Source: Lytechinus pictus
Lineage: Eukaryota
DNA: 64,000 nucleotides
Direction of reading: 5' to 3'
Assembly (NCBI RefSeq): GCF_037042905.1
Contig: NC_087245.1
Location: forward strand, 29,018,001 to 29,082,000
The translations under genes were made by a program, and so were the position numbers. The notes under the pieces are model-generated. The model was not told the DNA's origin and did no database searches. It saw only the letters and a list, made by a program, of their open reading frames with translations. Shown piece after piece: positions 35,716-47,384 of this stretch (position 1 is its first letter; each line of letters begins with the position of its first letter).

Positions 35716-36744
35716 ATGCTCGACACGATGCGACGAGGCGTAAGGAGCAAGATAGTTTTAAGCAATCAAAAGGCAACTGCTCAGGTTGACATGGTGCCGA
35801 TTGAGAACAAGAATCAGGAGGAGGATTCACCATCAACCCTGTCTCCAAAACCCCGGCGACATGGGAAGACCTTGCCGGGGACAAAACTCCCGCCAATTTT
35901 TACACCGACCATGCCAACACTGCAAAGGAAAGACAACCAAAGGGGAAGGCAACGTGTTCCAAGTTCCAAAGGGAACCAAAGGAGATGCAAGGGCGAATCT
36001 GAAATTCAAAGACAGGTTGATTCCGGAACAACCGACCGCGAACCCTCGAAGGCGATGACGATTCTCGTGAATGGTTCAGAAAGGGCATCTTCGATGTACC
36101 CGAGGAACTCGTCCGTAAAACCCGCTTCTTCGTCCGAGCAATTTGGCGGGATTTTCGGGGGAGGTGGTACGAGTAAATACAATGGAATGAACGGGCGAAA
36201 GCAAAGAGAGAACGGACATCGCCGCAGCCTTGATCATGTAGATCCTGATCAAAGGGAGCAGAAGTCGGCGAAATTTCGAGATGCTCAGGATTCGCGCCTT
36301 TCCATTGAAGCTCGCAGTGAAGTTACAAAAGATTCGGGGGTATTGCCAAAAACCATCAAAGTGGATCCTCGTTTTCAGACAACAGAGGGTGATGCTAAGG
36401 ATCATCGTCTCCATTATAAACATTTTCAACCATCATTTCGCGCCGCGGCTCACCTCCGTCCAGTCCTGCCGCCCATCGGAGGGAACGGCAGGCCGACCAA
36501 CAACAAGAAACCCGGCAAGCGTGGGAAGAAATCCTCTCGCAAGGCCCGACAACGCGAGAAGGAGAGAGAATGGAAGTTGAAAGTCGTGGAAGAAGACATT
36601 ATCCTAAAGTTATTTTTGCAGTCGTTGGCGGTGAATAGACGGGGAGCGACGTGTGTGGAGATCGACAAGCTTTTGAATTCAGGGATACTCGTCAACTTCG
36701 TGGAGGGTCTGGTCCTCCTGTCAGCGATGCAATGGTGGCTGTGA
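35716..36744 (+). CDS. Intronless 342-aa basic, largely low-complexity protein of unknown function
   Basis: 1029-nt open frame in non-repetitive, GC-elevated sequence against an AT-rich background; charged N-terminal region and hydrophobic/helical C-terminus; no family recognised. Confidence 0.7.
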   Translation: MLDTMRRGVRSKIVLSNQKATAQVDMVPIENKNQEEDSPSTLSPKPRRHGKTLPGTKLPPIFTPTMPTLQRKDNQRGRQRVPSSKGNQRRCKGESEIQRQVDSGTTDREPSKAMTILVNGSERASSMYPRNSSVKPASSSEQFGGIFGGGGTSKYNGMNGRKQRENGHRRSLDHVDPDQREQKSAKFRDAQDSRLSIEARSEVTKDSGVLPKTIKVDPRFQTTEGDAKDHRLHYKHFQPSFRAAAHLRPVLPPIGGNGRPTNNKKPGKRGKKSSRKARQREKEREWKLKVVEEDIILKLFLQSLAVNRRGATCVEIDKLLNSGILVNFVEGLVLLSAMQWWL

Positions 36745-37318
36745 TAATCTAACCAGATTTTTATTTACCAAAGTTTTGAGTTGATATTTCCACCTTTTCA
36801 CATTTTACTGAGATGATTGTGTTGTTTTTTTTTACTTTGCACATTGGAAAAAAGACATGTAAGGATGTATTTATTCTCACCGTCTGTGTTTAATCTTTGA
36901 GAAAAATATGTTTGTTGAAATGATAATTAGTACTTAGGGGCTATCCGGGGGGGGGGGGGGTGCCTCGGTACAGCATGTACGTACAGGTAATTAAGTGTTT
37001 ACGTTCATATTTTTCCGCACGAAACGATGTCTTGATTCGTCAGTGGCAAATCGCTATTGGTTCAAATCTGTATGTGTTATGGAGTCCAGAATGTGCCATA
37101 ATTTGTCATTGATTTTGACCACTTCCTTGAACGAACACATAATCACCAAGAGCGCATGATCACTGAATTTACCATCACATGCCATATACATTTATATTGT
37201 CCCGTGTACACGATTTGTTGATTTTGGTAAATGAAATAGTTATTGTTATGGAGGCGCTTTGTTCTGAAATCTACTACTACTACTACTACTACACTATACT
37301 ACAAATCGGACGCATCTG

Positions 37319-37397
37319 CAGTGGCGTATCTAGGACAAACGGTACCCGGGGCAAGCGCTAAAATCGTGCCCCTTTCAAAATGCTTATATATATATAA

Positions 37398-37455
<58 letters not shown>

Positions 37456-38488
37456 CCACACACACTCCCACACACTTAGTGAACACACGACAGGTCAAAA
37501 TAAAACACAATATCAATGCGAGTGTGAATATTTTAAAGTTAATGCGTTAAGACGGAACATTCTAAGTTGTTGGTTTAATTGTTGATGAATGCGAGTGCTA
37601 AACACGAGCTGAAAATTATTGATAATCAGACCTGAATATGGCACATTTAAAGGGACCCTTTATGAGAATTAATGCAGATAATAGGTATCTAACTAATTTA
37701 ATTAATCGACCTAATATGAGGGCAAAGCGCGAACCTTTTTTAAATTGAGATCTTAAGACTGAATATTCTAACACTTTTTTGTAACTGCATAAACAATGCG
37801 AGCGCGATGCCCGAGCTAAAAATTATTGATATTTAGACCTGCAATCGGGACATTTTAGGGAGAAGTAACTAAGCGATTAAAGCAATCAGGAGGGGTGAGC
37901 TTAAATTTTTTGATATACTTACTTGAAAGGGGGAAATTTTAAGGACTATTTGTAGGAATTCATGATCAGATATGTATCTCACCGCGTAATGCAAGCGCGA
38001 ACTGTGGGCTGATTTATATATATATATCTTCATCTTAAAAGCGCGTGATGAACAGCTTTGACAATTAAACCAGAAAAATATGTATATCAGAACTGTTTGT
38101 AAGAATTAATGAAGATTAACGATCAAAATGCAACCTGCAACTTAGAGATGAAAAGTGATGATTATTTACGTTCGAAAAATTAATATTTTATTCGGAGTGT
38201 TTGTTGGAATTCTTGAAGAGAATAAGTTCTCACTAATCAAAACTTGGCATGAATGTTCATCCCGTAGTAAAGACATGCAAGACTCGCTTTCTAAATGTGT
38301 TGGAAACTGCATTACCATGGTAATAGCTAGGACGGGGGTATTAATCACCTCCAGTGGTATTCCTTTTTTGCGCCTTTTCTCTTCATGTTTTTCCTTTTCT
38401 TTATTTGCGCCCCCTTTTCCCCCTTTTGCGTCCCCTTAAAAGCCCGGGGCACGTGCCCCCTTGCCCCCCGCTAGCCTATACGTCACTG
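37319..38488. mobile_element. hAT-like non-autonomous element containing a (TA)n(CA)n microsatellite
   Basis: CAGTGGCGTAT...ATACGTCACTG ends; 8-bp flanks CGCATCTG/CGCATCCG. Confidence 0.75.
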
Positions 38489-38559
38489 CGCATCCGAGAA
38501 TGAATAAAAAAAAATGCTATATACGCAAGGCTTCGCGATCTGACATGAGAGTTGTTAAA

Positions 38560-38925
38560 TCATGTAACAAATTATTTGTACCCCCACGTATTATGCAATC
38601 AACAAAATTTAAAGGTCCCCGTCCTCTTGACTGGTTCTATGAGGGAGGCGCAACAAAAGTACATCAGTAATACTTCCTTCTCATACTACGTTTAATTACC
38701 GTGGTGGAGATAGGTGGAAGTTCTCCATAAATTTTATCCTTTGTTTTGTGATCTCTCCAACTAATATTTTGTACCCTCATTAAAAGTTGAGTATAATTAT
38801 GTGCCATCTAGTCTATCTTTTTAGGACTTCTTGATCGTCCATGTTTCTGAACCATACATAAGGAGACTTTCTCCACATGCCCTAAACAGGGAGAGTTTCG
38901 TTGACAGAGAAATATATTTTTATTC
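38560..38925 (-). mobile_element. RTE-clade LINE remnant (C-terminal ORF fragment)
   Basis: Minus-strand translation KLSLFRACGESLLMYGSETWT..*..RLDGT/YTQLLMRVQNISWRDH..IYGELPPIS with a stop and a frameshift. Confidence 0.75.
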
Positions 38926-39593
38926 CCAAATCAAACGCAGCTAAAAATGGAGAGGGATACTGTCCACTTTGTCTAATCATGTACCAATAAAGTCAATAAA
39001 ACCTCACTTCTTTGCATGACATAAATTGTGAAATTGGGACTGTCGACATGACAAGTGAAGGCAGCTAGAGGATCACGAACACGAATCGTGCATGTATTTC
39101 AACTTCAGTTGAAAAAACCCCGACATTTGTTGTGTGTTAGTGTACTCAGATAATTCCGTTGAATATGACTGCACTAAAAAATCACCATGGAAACTTAATT
39201 GATGTTTTATATAAGAAGATTTACATAAAAAGTGAACCACATCAACCATAACCGTGATGGGTGTGCATTTCAAAAGCAATATTTTTAAGAAATATCAGAT
39301 GTAAAAGAAAAATCATAGATACTAAGGGTCATAGCACATTTTCTATGCAGGTCTATTCTCATAAATATACAATAGATTTGTTTTTGTCATTTCAGTTTCT
39401 CTCTATTCTTGTTCTATGAAGGGAAAAGTAATTTATTTTTTTGACATATTAATCAAATTCAAAGCATTTGATGTAAAACCAAAGGCTTATTTTTATAGCT
39501 TAGCATGCATGTACAATTTGATGTTGATTTGTTTATCTTTTTCACCTGTGCGTCTTAAACATTTTGAATATAATGGATCTTGCGCATTACAAA

Positions 39594-39617
39594 AGTAGTA
39601 GTAGTAGTAGTAGTAAT

Positions 39618-39652
<35 letters not shown>

Positions 39653-39717
39653 GAGTAGTAGTAGTAGTAGTAGCAGTATTGTTGTTATTATTACTATTAT
39701 TATTGTTATTATTATTA
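39594..39717. repeat. Compound microsatellite (GTA)n(GCA)n(TTA)n
   Basis: Seen directly. Confidence 0.95.
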
Positions 39718-42700
39718 GATATATTTTCGTTATATTCTAGCTATTACATTATCATAGAAGATTCATATTATTTTAGATTTAAGCCAATGACTGTAATCTA
39801 ATTCTAGAGATTAGAGATATGCTTTTAAAGATAGTGAAATATGACCCTCTTCTGAAATGACAGTTGCACGCAAACTGATATTCAATTGTAAACTTTGAAA
39901 GCGAATAAGAAATCTGAGCATAATAAGGCACACTTTGGATGAACAGCTATGATTTTGTAACCAAACATCCATGACAACATGATCCGACTGCGAGACATGT
40001 GGGATAGCTATTGTGCATGAAAAATAAGAACAAATGAGTTGTTTTTTTAGCCTAAAGATAACCATGGAAACCAATAATACTTCTACCTCGTGTAAGAGTA
40101 TTCTCTAATATATTCTCCCATGAACGAATATTTATACTCATGCAAGCTGAACGTCAGACAATGGAATATTACGTAACTGCATGCTGGGTTGCTATGAGCT
40201 GAGTGGTGATGGTTTCTTCCATGGTATTGTTGATTGAAGTATCATCTCAACTCATTAAGTACATCAAAATAATGCCCAGCAATTTCATTCGCTTGTCACA
40301 CACCGCATTGTGTTATTAATAGAGACAGAGGGATGGAAGGGGGGGGGGGGGTAAGCGAATGTGATTTTTACGATTATGTATCGAATAATTAGATAGTTAG
40401 ATAGTAGAGGCTCTGTACCTTTTTAATAACGACTGTTAATCATCACTAAGCTGCATGATGCGATGGTAGTTAGAAATGGTTTATAAATTTATTTGGCTTG
40501 CAAACTAAGAGTATGGACTGATTTACGTTTCTAATCTGAGGACTAAACAAAGCATTGCTCTAACTCCAATTAGGAAAATTTCGTTCTGCTGATACTCCAG
40601 GCTGACATTAGGCTGGCGGTGTTGGACTATAGGACATGGACATCATACCATTTGGGTCAGGGGACCCCCCCCCAAAAAAAAAAAAAAAAATGAAGGGAGG
40701 GGGACACAATAGGCCATGTACCCCACAGAAATGAAAGATATTTGGAGGTCTTGAATATATATTTCAGTTGATTCATTTATAAAAAAAAAAGACGTATATA
40801 TATCCGCATAATAATTTTTTTGGTCAAACAATGTTTTAAAACGTTCCCTTTTGGGTCAGATTAGAAATCTCAGCTCGAGCGGAATCTGTTCATGATTACA
40901 AAAAGTCGTTAAGATTGTTTGAATATAAAAAAACAACCTCTACCGCTTAGCGCTCGCAATTTTTATTTTTTGATGAAGATGAAATTAATAACTGTCCTTG
41001 AAATCTTCCTTTTACATGTCAGTCAGTCTATCAAACATTGTTGATTGGGGACTATGCCACTGTTTATAAAACACACATTCAAATTGAATATTTACATTAA
41101 ACACTTTATAAAACAGGAATACTAACTTGATATGGTTACGCCTATATCATTTGAATGAAGGCCACCGCACACATTACTCACTGGTCAATAATATGAATAT
41201 ACAGAATGATATATTAGAGGTTCGGGATAAATGTTATGATATCATCAAAATTTTAAGTAATTGCAAGCCTTTTAGTTCGCAGTAAAAGAAACAAATGGCT
41301 GAAAGTCGTAGCGAATCTTACGAATGCTATGACGTCATTACGATTCTGGACAGAATTTGCTTTTGTACCCATAAAGATGATAGCAGATGTGATTGACAAG
41401 ATTGTTATCGGGCCACTGGAAGTGCATTGTATTTCGTTCAATGGATGATTAAATATCAATTAAATATGATTATATCATCGGCGTATGTATGTGTCAATGA
41501 TAGTAAATAGGCCCATTTGTATTTGTACATTTCGTTCTTGTTTGCTACTGCACGCAATGTGCATATCACCTCCTTTGACTCCAAGACCGATTCGAGCGTT
41601 CTCATTACACGTTAAACTGCTTTCCTGATTTAAGAAAGTAGATGAGAATGAGGTCTTAGTTCACAAGTATGATGTGGTCATCATGATGATGATGTCATTA
41701 GCGTATTTTAGCATCCACTTCGCAGAGGCTTTCTGGAACGCTCAGAATCTATTGAAAATACCCGTCAAATCAACAATGGACAGATTAGAGGTCCTTGTCG
41801 AAAGTTGGTGGACCGGGACAACATATTGTCTGAAGATCCGGACCGGACGAAAAATGCAAATAATCTTTGGTCCAGAGTCCAGGGGGGCGTTTCATGAAAG
41901 GACTTGTCGGACGTTTTATCCGACAAGTCCCATTTTATCCGACAGTTACCGTAGTAACAGTACCTCTCAGCCAATCAACATCAGAGAAAGATGTCAGATC
42001 TGACTTGTCGGATGAAAATGTTGATGAAACACTCCCCCGGACGACACTGCGGTTTTGATTCACCGATTTGTTTTACCATAGGCTGCTTTATTTTGAAGGG
42101 CTTAGGACAAAATATTATCTGCGTTATAAAAAGCGCCTGCGAAGTGGTCGCCAAAATGTCCTTATGTCGTGCCGCAGGTAACAATAGTGAAGATTGTGAT
42201 GAAAATCGCGCACCATGTTTAAATGAGAAATATTGTCATACACCATCAAGAGATAAACGTCTATATTTGCAAAATAAATTTTTATTAAAAATGAAAACAA
42301 TGATCTAGTCGTCTTGTTATTGCTTATTACATTAGTATAACCTTATGTTTTATACCCCCTTTAATTATAATAATAATGATAATAATAATCATAACAATAA
42401 AATATACAATGTAATAATAACCAGCGTGAAGAATGAGAGACAAATACTCGTGAATTGATTTCCCAATGTTTTATTGAATTTACATTGCGTATTATCTGTT
42501 TCTGTACATTTGACAAGAAATATCTTACAATATTCTAGATCATATTTAATTCGCCACAAAATTAATGTGACTTTACCAACAGAAAAATCATACATACTTA
42601 TATTTGCCATGGATCATGAATACTGAATGACCAGGAGGATTCTATTCTTGTGACCTAAGAAACAATCCGATTTAGGGGCATTAAAAAAAAATAATTTGTA

Positions 42701-45286
42701 TGGAATAAATAATTTTCGCCGATTCCATAAATTTGCTCCTGAGACGAGATGTTGCTCCCGGGTTGCTCCCACGGATAATCTTAACTATACATTATGACAA
42801 TCATAAAATTATTTTGCTTCGTCGGGTCTCGCATTGCATTTCACCACAACGCATAAATTCGTCAGCTATTGCTCCAATTGAACAGGTTCACACTTATGAT
42901 ACTTATCAAATCAATATGTTTCTAAGTGGGTGAATAAAAATCAATGTTTTAAAGCAGTTGAACTGATTTATCAACCAATATACAGAAATAGGAGCTCGTT
43001 CCTTTTCTAATTATTTTCTCTTGTGTTGTTGTAATTCTTGGTTGGAAACCATGTATAGACTAACACGCTATATTTTTCATCATAATTTGCAATACATCCA
43101 CATTCATCAATAGCCACATCTTAAAAAATAACTCGTAACTATAAAAGAAAATATCAATACTGATATAACTAAGCAGGGACTCAGGCCACATATTTGTTTT
43201 GTTGTCAGAATTCTTAAGGAAATTACGCCCTTTCTTAAAGAAGACTTTAATTTCTTTGTCTCAGCAAATCGACCTATTTTATGTGCCCCCTAATTGATGA
43301 AATCCTGGATCCGTCCCTGGGCGGAGCCAGATGTGTTTGAAATACAAATGGTAAAGCAATTCTGTAGGCCTATGGGCATCTTGAAATAAATGCAACAGAT
43401 TATTATCCAAATATTATTATTTCTTTTTAAAAAAATGGACAGCTCTATTGAATTAATAAAAGTAAAATAAAATCGATTCCAAACATATAAAAGCATATAA
43501 ATATATAATATTTCCGGTGGGGATTATGCATATTTATTTTCATTCGCATACAGATATACAAACAACTAGTTAGATTTTATAGGGCTAATAGTCTTTTGTA
43601 TTTTTCTTCCCTCTAAAATCGGGATAAAACAACATAAATATATACAAGAGTATGCAGGCGATATGACACGTTTAATTCGGCACACACAAGTGAACCACAA
43701 TGACGAGACATTATAAATGAAAATGTTCGATTTTAAAATATGCGATCGATAAAACGTGATGATTTTCCGAATGTAAAAAAATGACAAGATTATAAAATAA
43801 CTATATACACAATAAATATCATTCTGTAGGATAATTATATCAGACAAAAGATATATACACGACGCCAATATCTATAATGGGGCGTACAAACCCTGTGAAT
43901 GTATAGGCCTTTGGATATCTTGATCTCAGATGGGCTGCCTCATTGTGGGCGGAAGAGGGAGCCATTACCCTTGAATAAGTTTAATCGCCAAAAAACATGA
44001 AATTCGTTAAAGGGGGGTGAAACCTGTGGAACATGTGGACTCGTGTGGAAACATAAAAATAAAAGAATAAGAACTAAGAAAATTTGAGAAAAATCAGACG
44101 AATAATGAGTAAGTTATGAGTATTTGAATATTACGGTCACTAATGCTATATGGAGATACTCCCATTGGCAATGCGACAAAGATATGTGTTGTCCACTGAT
44201 CTGAATACTATTAGTATAGTATTTAGATCAGTGGTGATGTCACATGTTAACAACTTTCCCTTTGGTGGACTATAAAATACCCCCAAAATGTCTATTTTTG
44301 ATCTATTTTTGCTAATGTATTCTTTGAAAATTTGTAATACATGCCCCCCTATAGAAAGAATTCATGATCTACTGATAGATGTGATAAAAGAGGCAGTTTA
44401 AAAGTACTGGGAGAGTTGTTCACAAGTGACATCACACATCTTTGTCGCATTGCTAATGGGAGGATCTCCAATAAAGCATTAGTGATCAAAATTTTCAACA
44501 AAAAAATCAAAAAAAAATTCTTAGACTTTTCTGTTTTCACACAAGGTATGTTGTTCCAAAGTTTTTTTCCAAAGGTTATTTTCGTTTAAAAAATCGCTTT
44601 ATCCAATAGTTTGTATAAATATGGCATGACAGGGGAATCTTTCATCGTATCGTAAGACTACCATGGAACACTTTTTCTTGTACATTTTAAGACGAATCGA
44701 GTGAATAATTCACTCTTCGGTGGGAGTGAATAACATTCCACTAGATTTAGAGTGAATTTCACTTGTCGTTGAGTGAATATCATCCTTAATAAAATGAATT
44801 CTGTTTGAAAATTCACACCTACACTCTAACTTCATTCCAAATCGAGTGATCCCTGGCATCACAACCAAGGAAAGTGAAAAATCAAGTGAAAGCGACCGGG
44901 GGGGATATTTCAACAATATCTAGACAAGTTTTCTTCAAGCAAATATATATACATCAATAATATTCGATAATATAAAGGTCTGTTTTAGTTTTAAATCTTC
45001 TCTAAATCACAATAGGCAATGACCATTCTCCTTCTTTTAATTACAAATTCAAACAATGAACCACTTAAATGTATGGGGAAAGACGAAAATGCTCATGTTA
45101 CCTCTTCTTTATTTATTAATTTTATTCATTCATTTACATAATTCAAATTACTCATTTATATTCATATATTCATCTATTTTCATCAAATATCCATTTACCT
45201 CTTCAGTAATATTCACAAAATACAAGATTGACAATTACCTATATTTTCATTTTGAACAAAAGTTGAAACGCTGATCCGTCGATATA

Positions 45287-45508
45287 CAGTGATGCTCAAA
45301 AGTTAGTGAACCCCACCAGAAAATAAAGATATTTTAAGCGTTCGAGTTCTGCCATGTTTTAGATATTTTATTGTGAAGTCAGGTGATATAATCTTAGTTT
45401 GTTTCTCTGGCCAGGCCTGCTTGACATTGTAGTGTTATTGTCTAAATTCAACACTCAGCCTGAAGGAGTGCATTTTGTGGTGGGTTCATTAACTTCTGAG
45501 CACAACTG
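45287..45508. mobile_element. Tc1/mariner-type MITE (family of 3243-3473)
   Basis: TA|CAGTGATGCTCAAAAGTTAGTGAACCC ... GGGTTCATTAACTTCTGAGCACAACTG|TA. Confidence 0.82.
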
Positions 45509-47123
45509 TATATGTGCATATTTTTATGAAATAGACGAAAAATTGTCACATTACACGCGTTATATGTATCATCTTTATATATCCAATCAATCATTATTTC
45601 CCTTCAGTTACTAATCAATTTTAATTAAGGCCCATTTATGCATTCAATTGATTCACTTATTCATTCACTTATTATTCATTGTCTAATAATTTGTTATGTC
45701 TAGTAACCTTTATTCATCTTTATTTATTGTTCTGCAACAAAGCAAATAATCTGAAGTGACAGGCAACATGTATACTGTCTTCATCTTGAAATCCATTGAA
45801 ATTCATGAAACGCGCTCGCCATGCATATTTATCAAATTTTATTATATTTATGCGCTCGAAAATGGTTAGACCGGAAATACATAAATTTATTACACATTTA
45901 ACTTCCTAAATTTGCAAATGGACGGGCAGATTGACCACGAATATAAGATGACCCGGAAGCTTATCACTTCTTCCGGCACCCACCTTCCGTGAATTCACTC
46001 ATATGCCACACCCACACAATGATTACTGCAAAATATTTTTATCTCAAATCATAATAGCAACTCATGATTATTGAAAATACCGAAGCCTGCGCCAGTTTAA
46101 TATTCTCGCATCATGGCCAAGACATCTACCTCATTAAGTGATTGGCTTGGCAAATTTTCTCAACTCTACATTAGAAAAGAAATATTATCTAAGATCACTA
46201 CATACATGACATAGGTGGATGTACTTGCCACGAACACGTCTACGATTTTATCACATTCCAAAAGAGGGTTATATCATTTCCGCACTTATATTCTAAGATT
46301 TCAACAATTCTGATAAAAAATCTCGTCAGCCTATATACGTGTAAATATCATTTTACAAGCGGTCTCTTCTGATTATGACATTTATTTCAATAACGACCGA
46401 CCAAAGACCCTCCCCCCCCAAAAAAAAAAAAAAAAAGATCGAATAAGCACTGTCACGCAAGGTTGGTGCAAGAGTGATGAAAGCAATGAACGGTCGCCCC
46501 AATTTTCTTTTTGAAAGATTTTCTTTAATGAAAAAAGGGAAAAGAAAGAAGTATTAAAGGATAGAAGGAATATTGGAAAGATAGTTGTGTTGGGTTTTGT
46601 AACTATAAAATGATCCTGGATATTTTAATTGGGAGGGGGTGAAGCCATCATTCCACTAACCTTATACCAACCCCTATTAACACAGAGAGTAAGAAAAAGA
46701 GAGAGAATGTTCTTAAAATCGTAATAACGTTGCTTGTATAAATATTGAAAATAAAGAAATTGACCTTCTAATATACGAATACAAGTCATTATGAGCCGCA
46801 TAATCTGTAAATACCAAATATTAACGTTTATAGGCCAACAGAAATGACAGCCGGTTGCTGGATTTAAAAATATGAATAGGCCTAGTATATGCAATAATTA
46901 AAAAGGGCTACCTTTAACGAAACAATTTCAATAGTATAATCAATGGCCCATGTAATAATATACCGTACCGAGAAATATGATTATCAACTTTCAATAAATA
47001 CCCTCCACAACGTAAGAACCTTTTTTTTTGTTGAAGAGGTTAAAGTTCTTTTTGTCCATGGCTCCTTAAAAGTCATATTTTAAAGAAAAATAATGAATGT
47101 TATTTTCCACGTATGGTCCGTTG

Positions 47124-47384
47124 CTAAAGGCAACCACAGGCACGGACCACCATATTCTTGTACTTTTTGAGGACGACGTTGCGGCTATCATCGTAGTAGA
47201 GTACGGTGATTGGACTGAGTTTGGTCGGGGCGCAGCAGGGCTGGGGGACGGTGTTCGGGCTCATGTGGTGGACGAGTGTCTGGACGATCGCGTGGTTGGT
47301 TGCGTTGGCGTGCCCATTGAGGGGGAATGCGCATTCGCCCTGGCAGTAGAAAGCGACGTATCCGAGTGGCGCGATGATCCATTC
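47124..47384 (-). CDS. BMP5-8: BMP5-8 last coding exon (cystine-knot C-terminus)
   Basis: cag|GAA TGG ATC...TGC CTT TAG, 87 codons including the stop. Confidence 0.97.
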   Translation of the reverse strand, partial: EWIIAPLGYVAFYCQGECAFPLNGHANATNHAIVQTLVHHMSPNTVPQPCCAPTKLSPITVLYYDDSRNVVLKKYKNMVVRACGCL

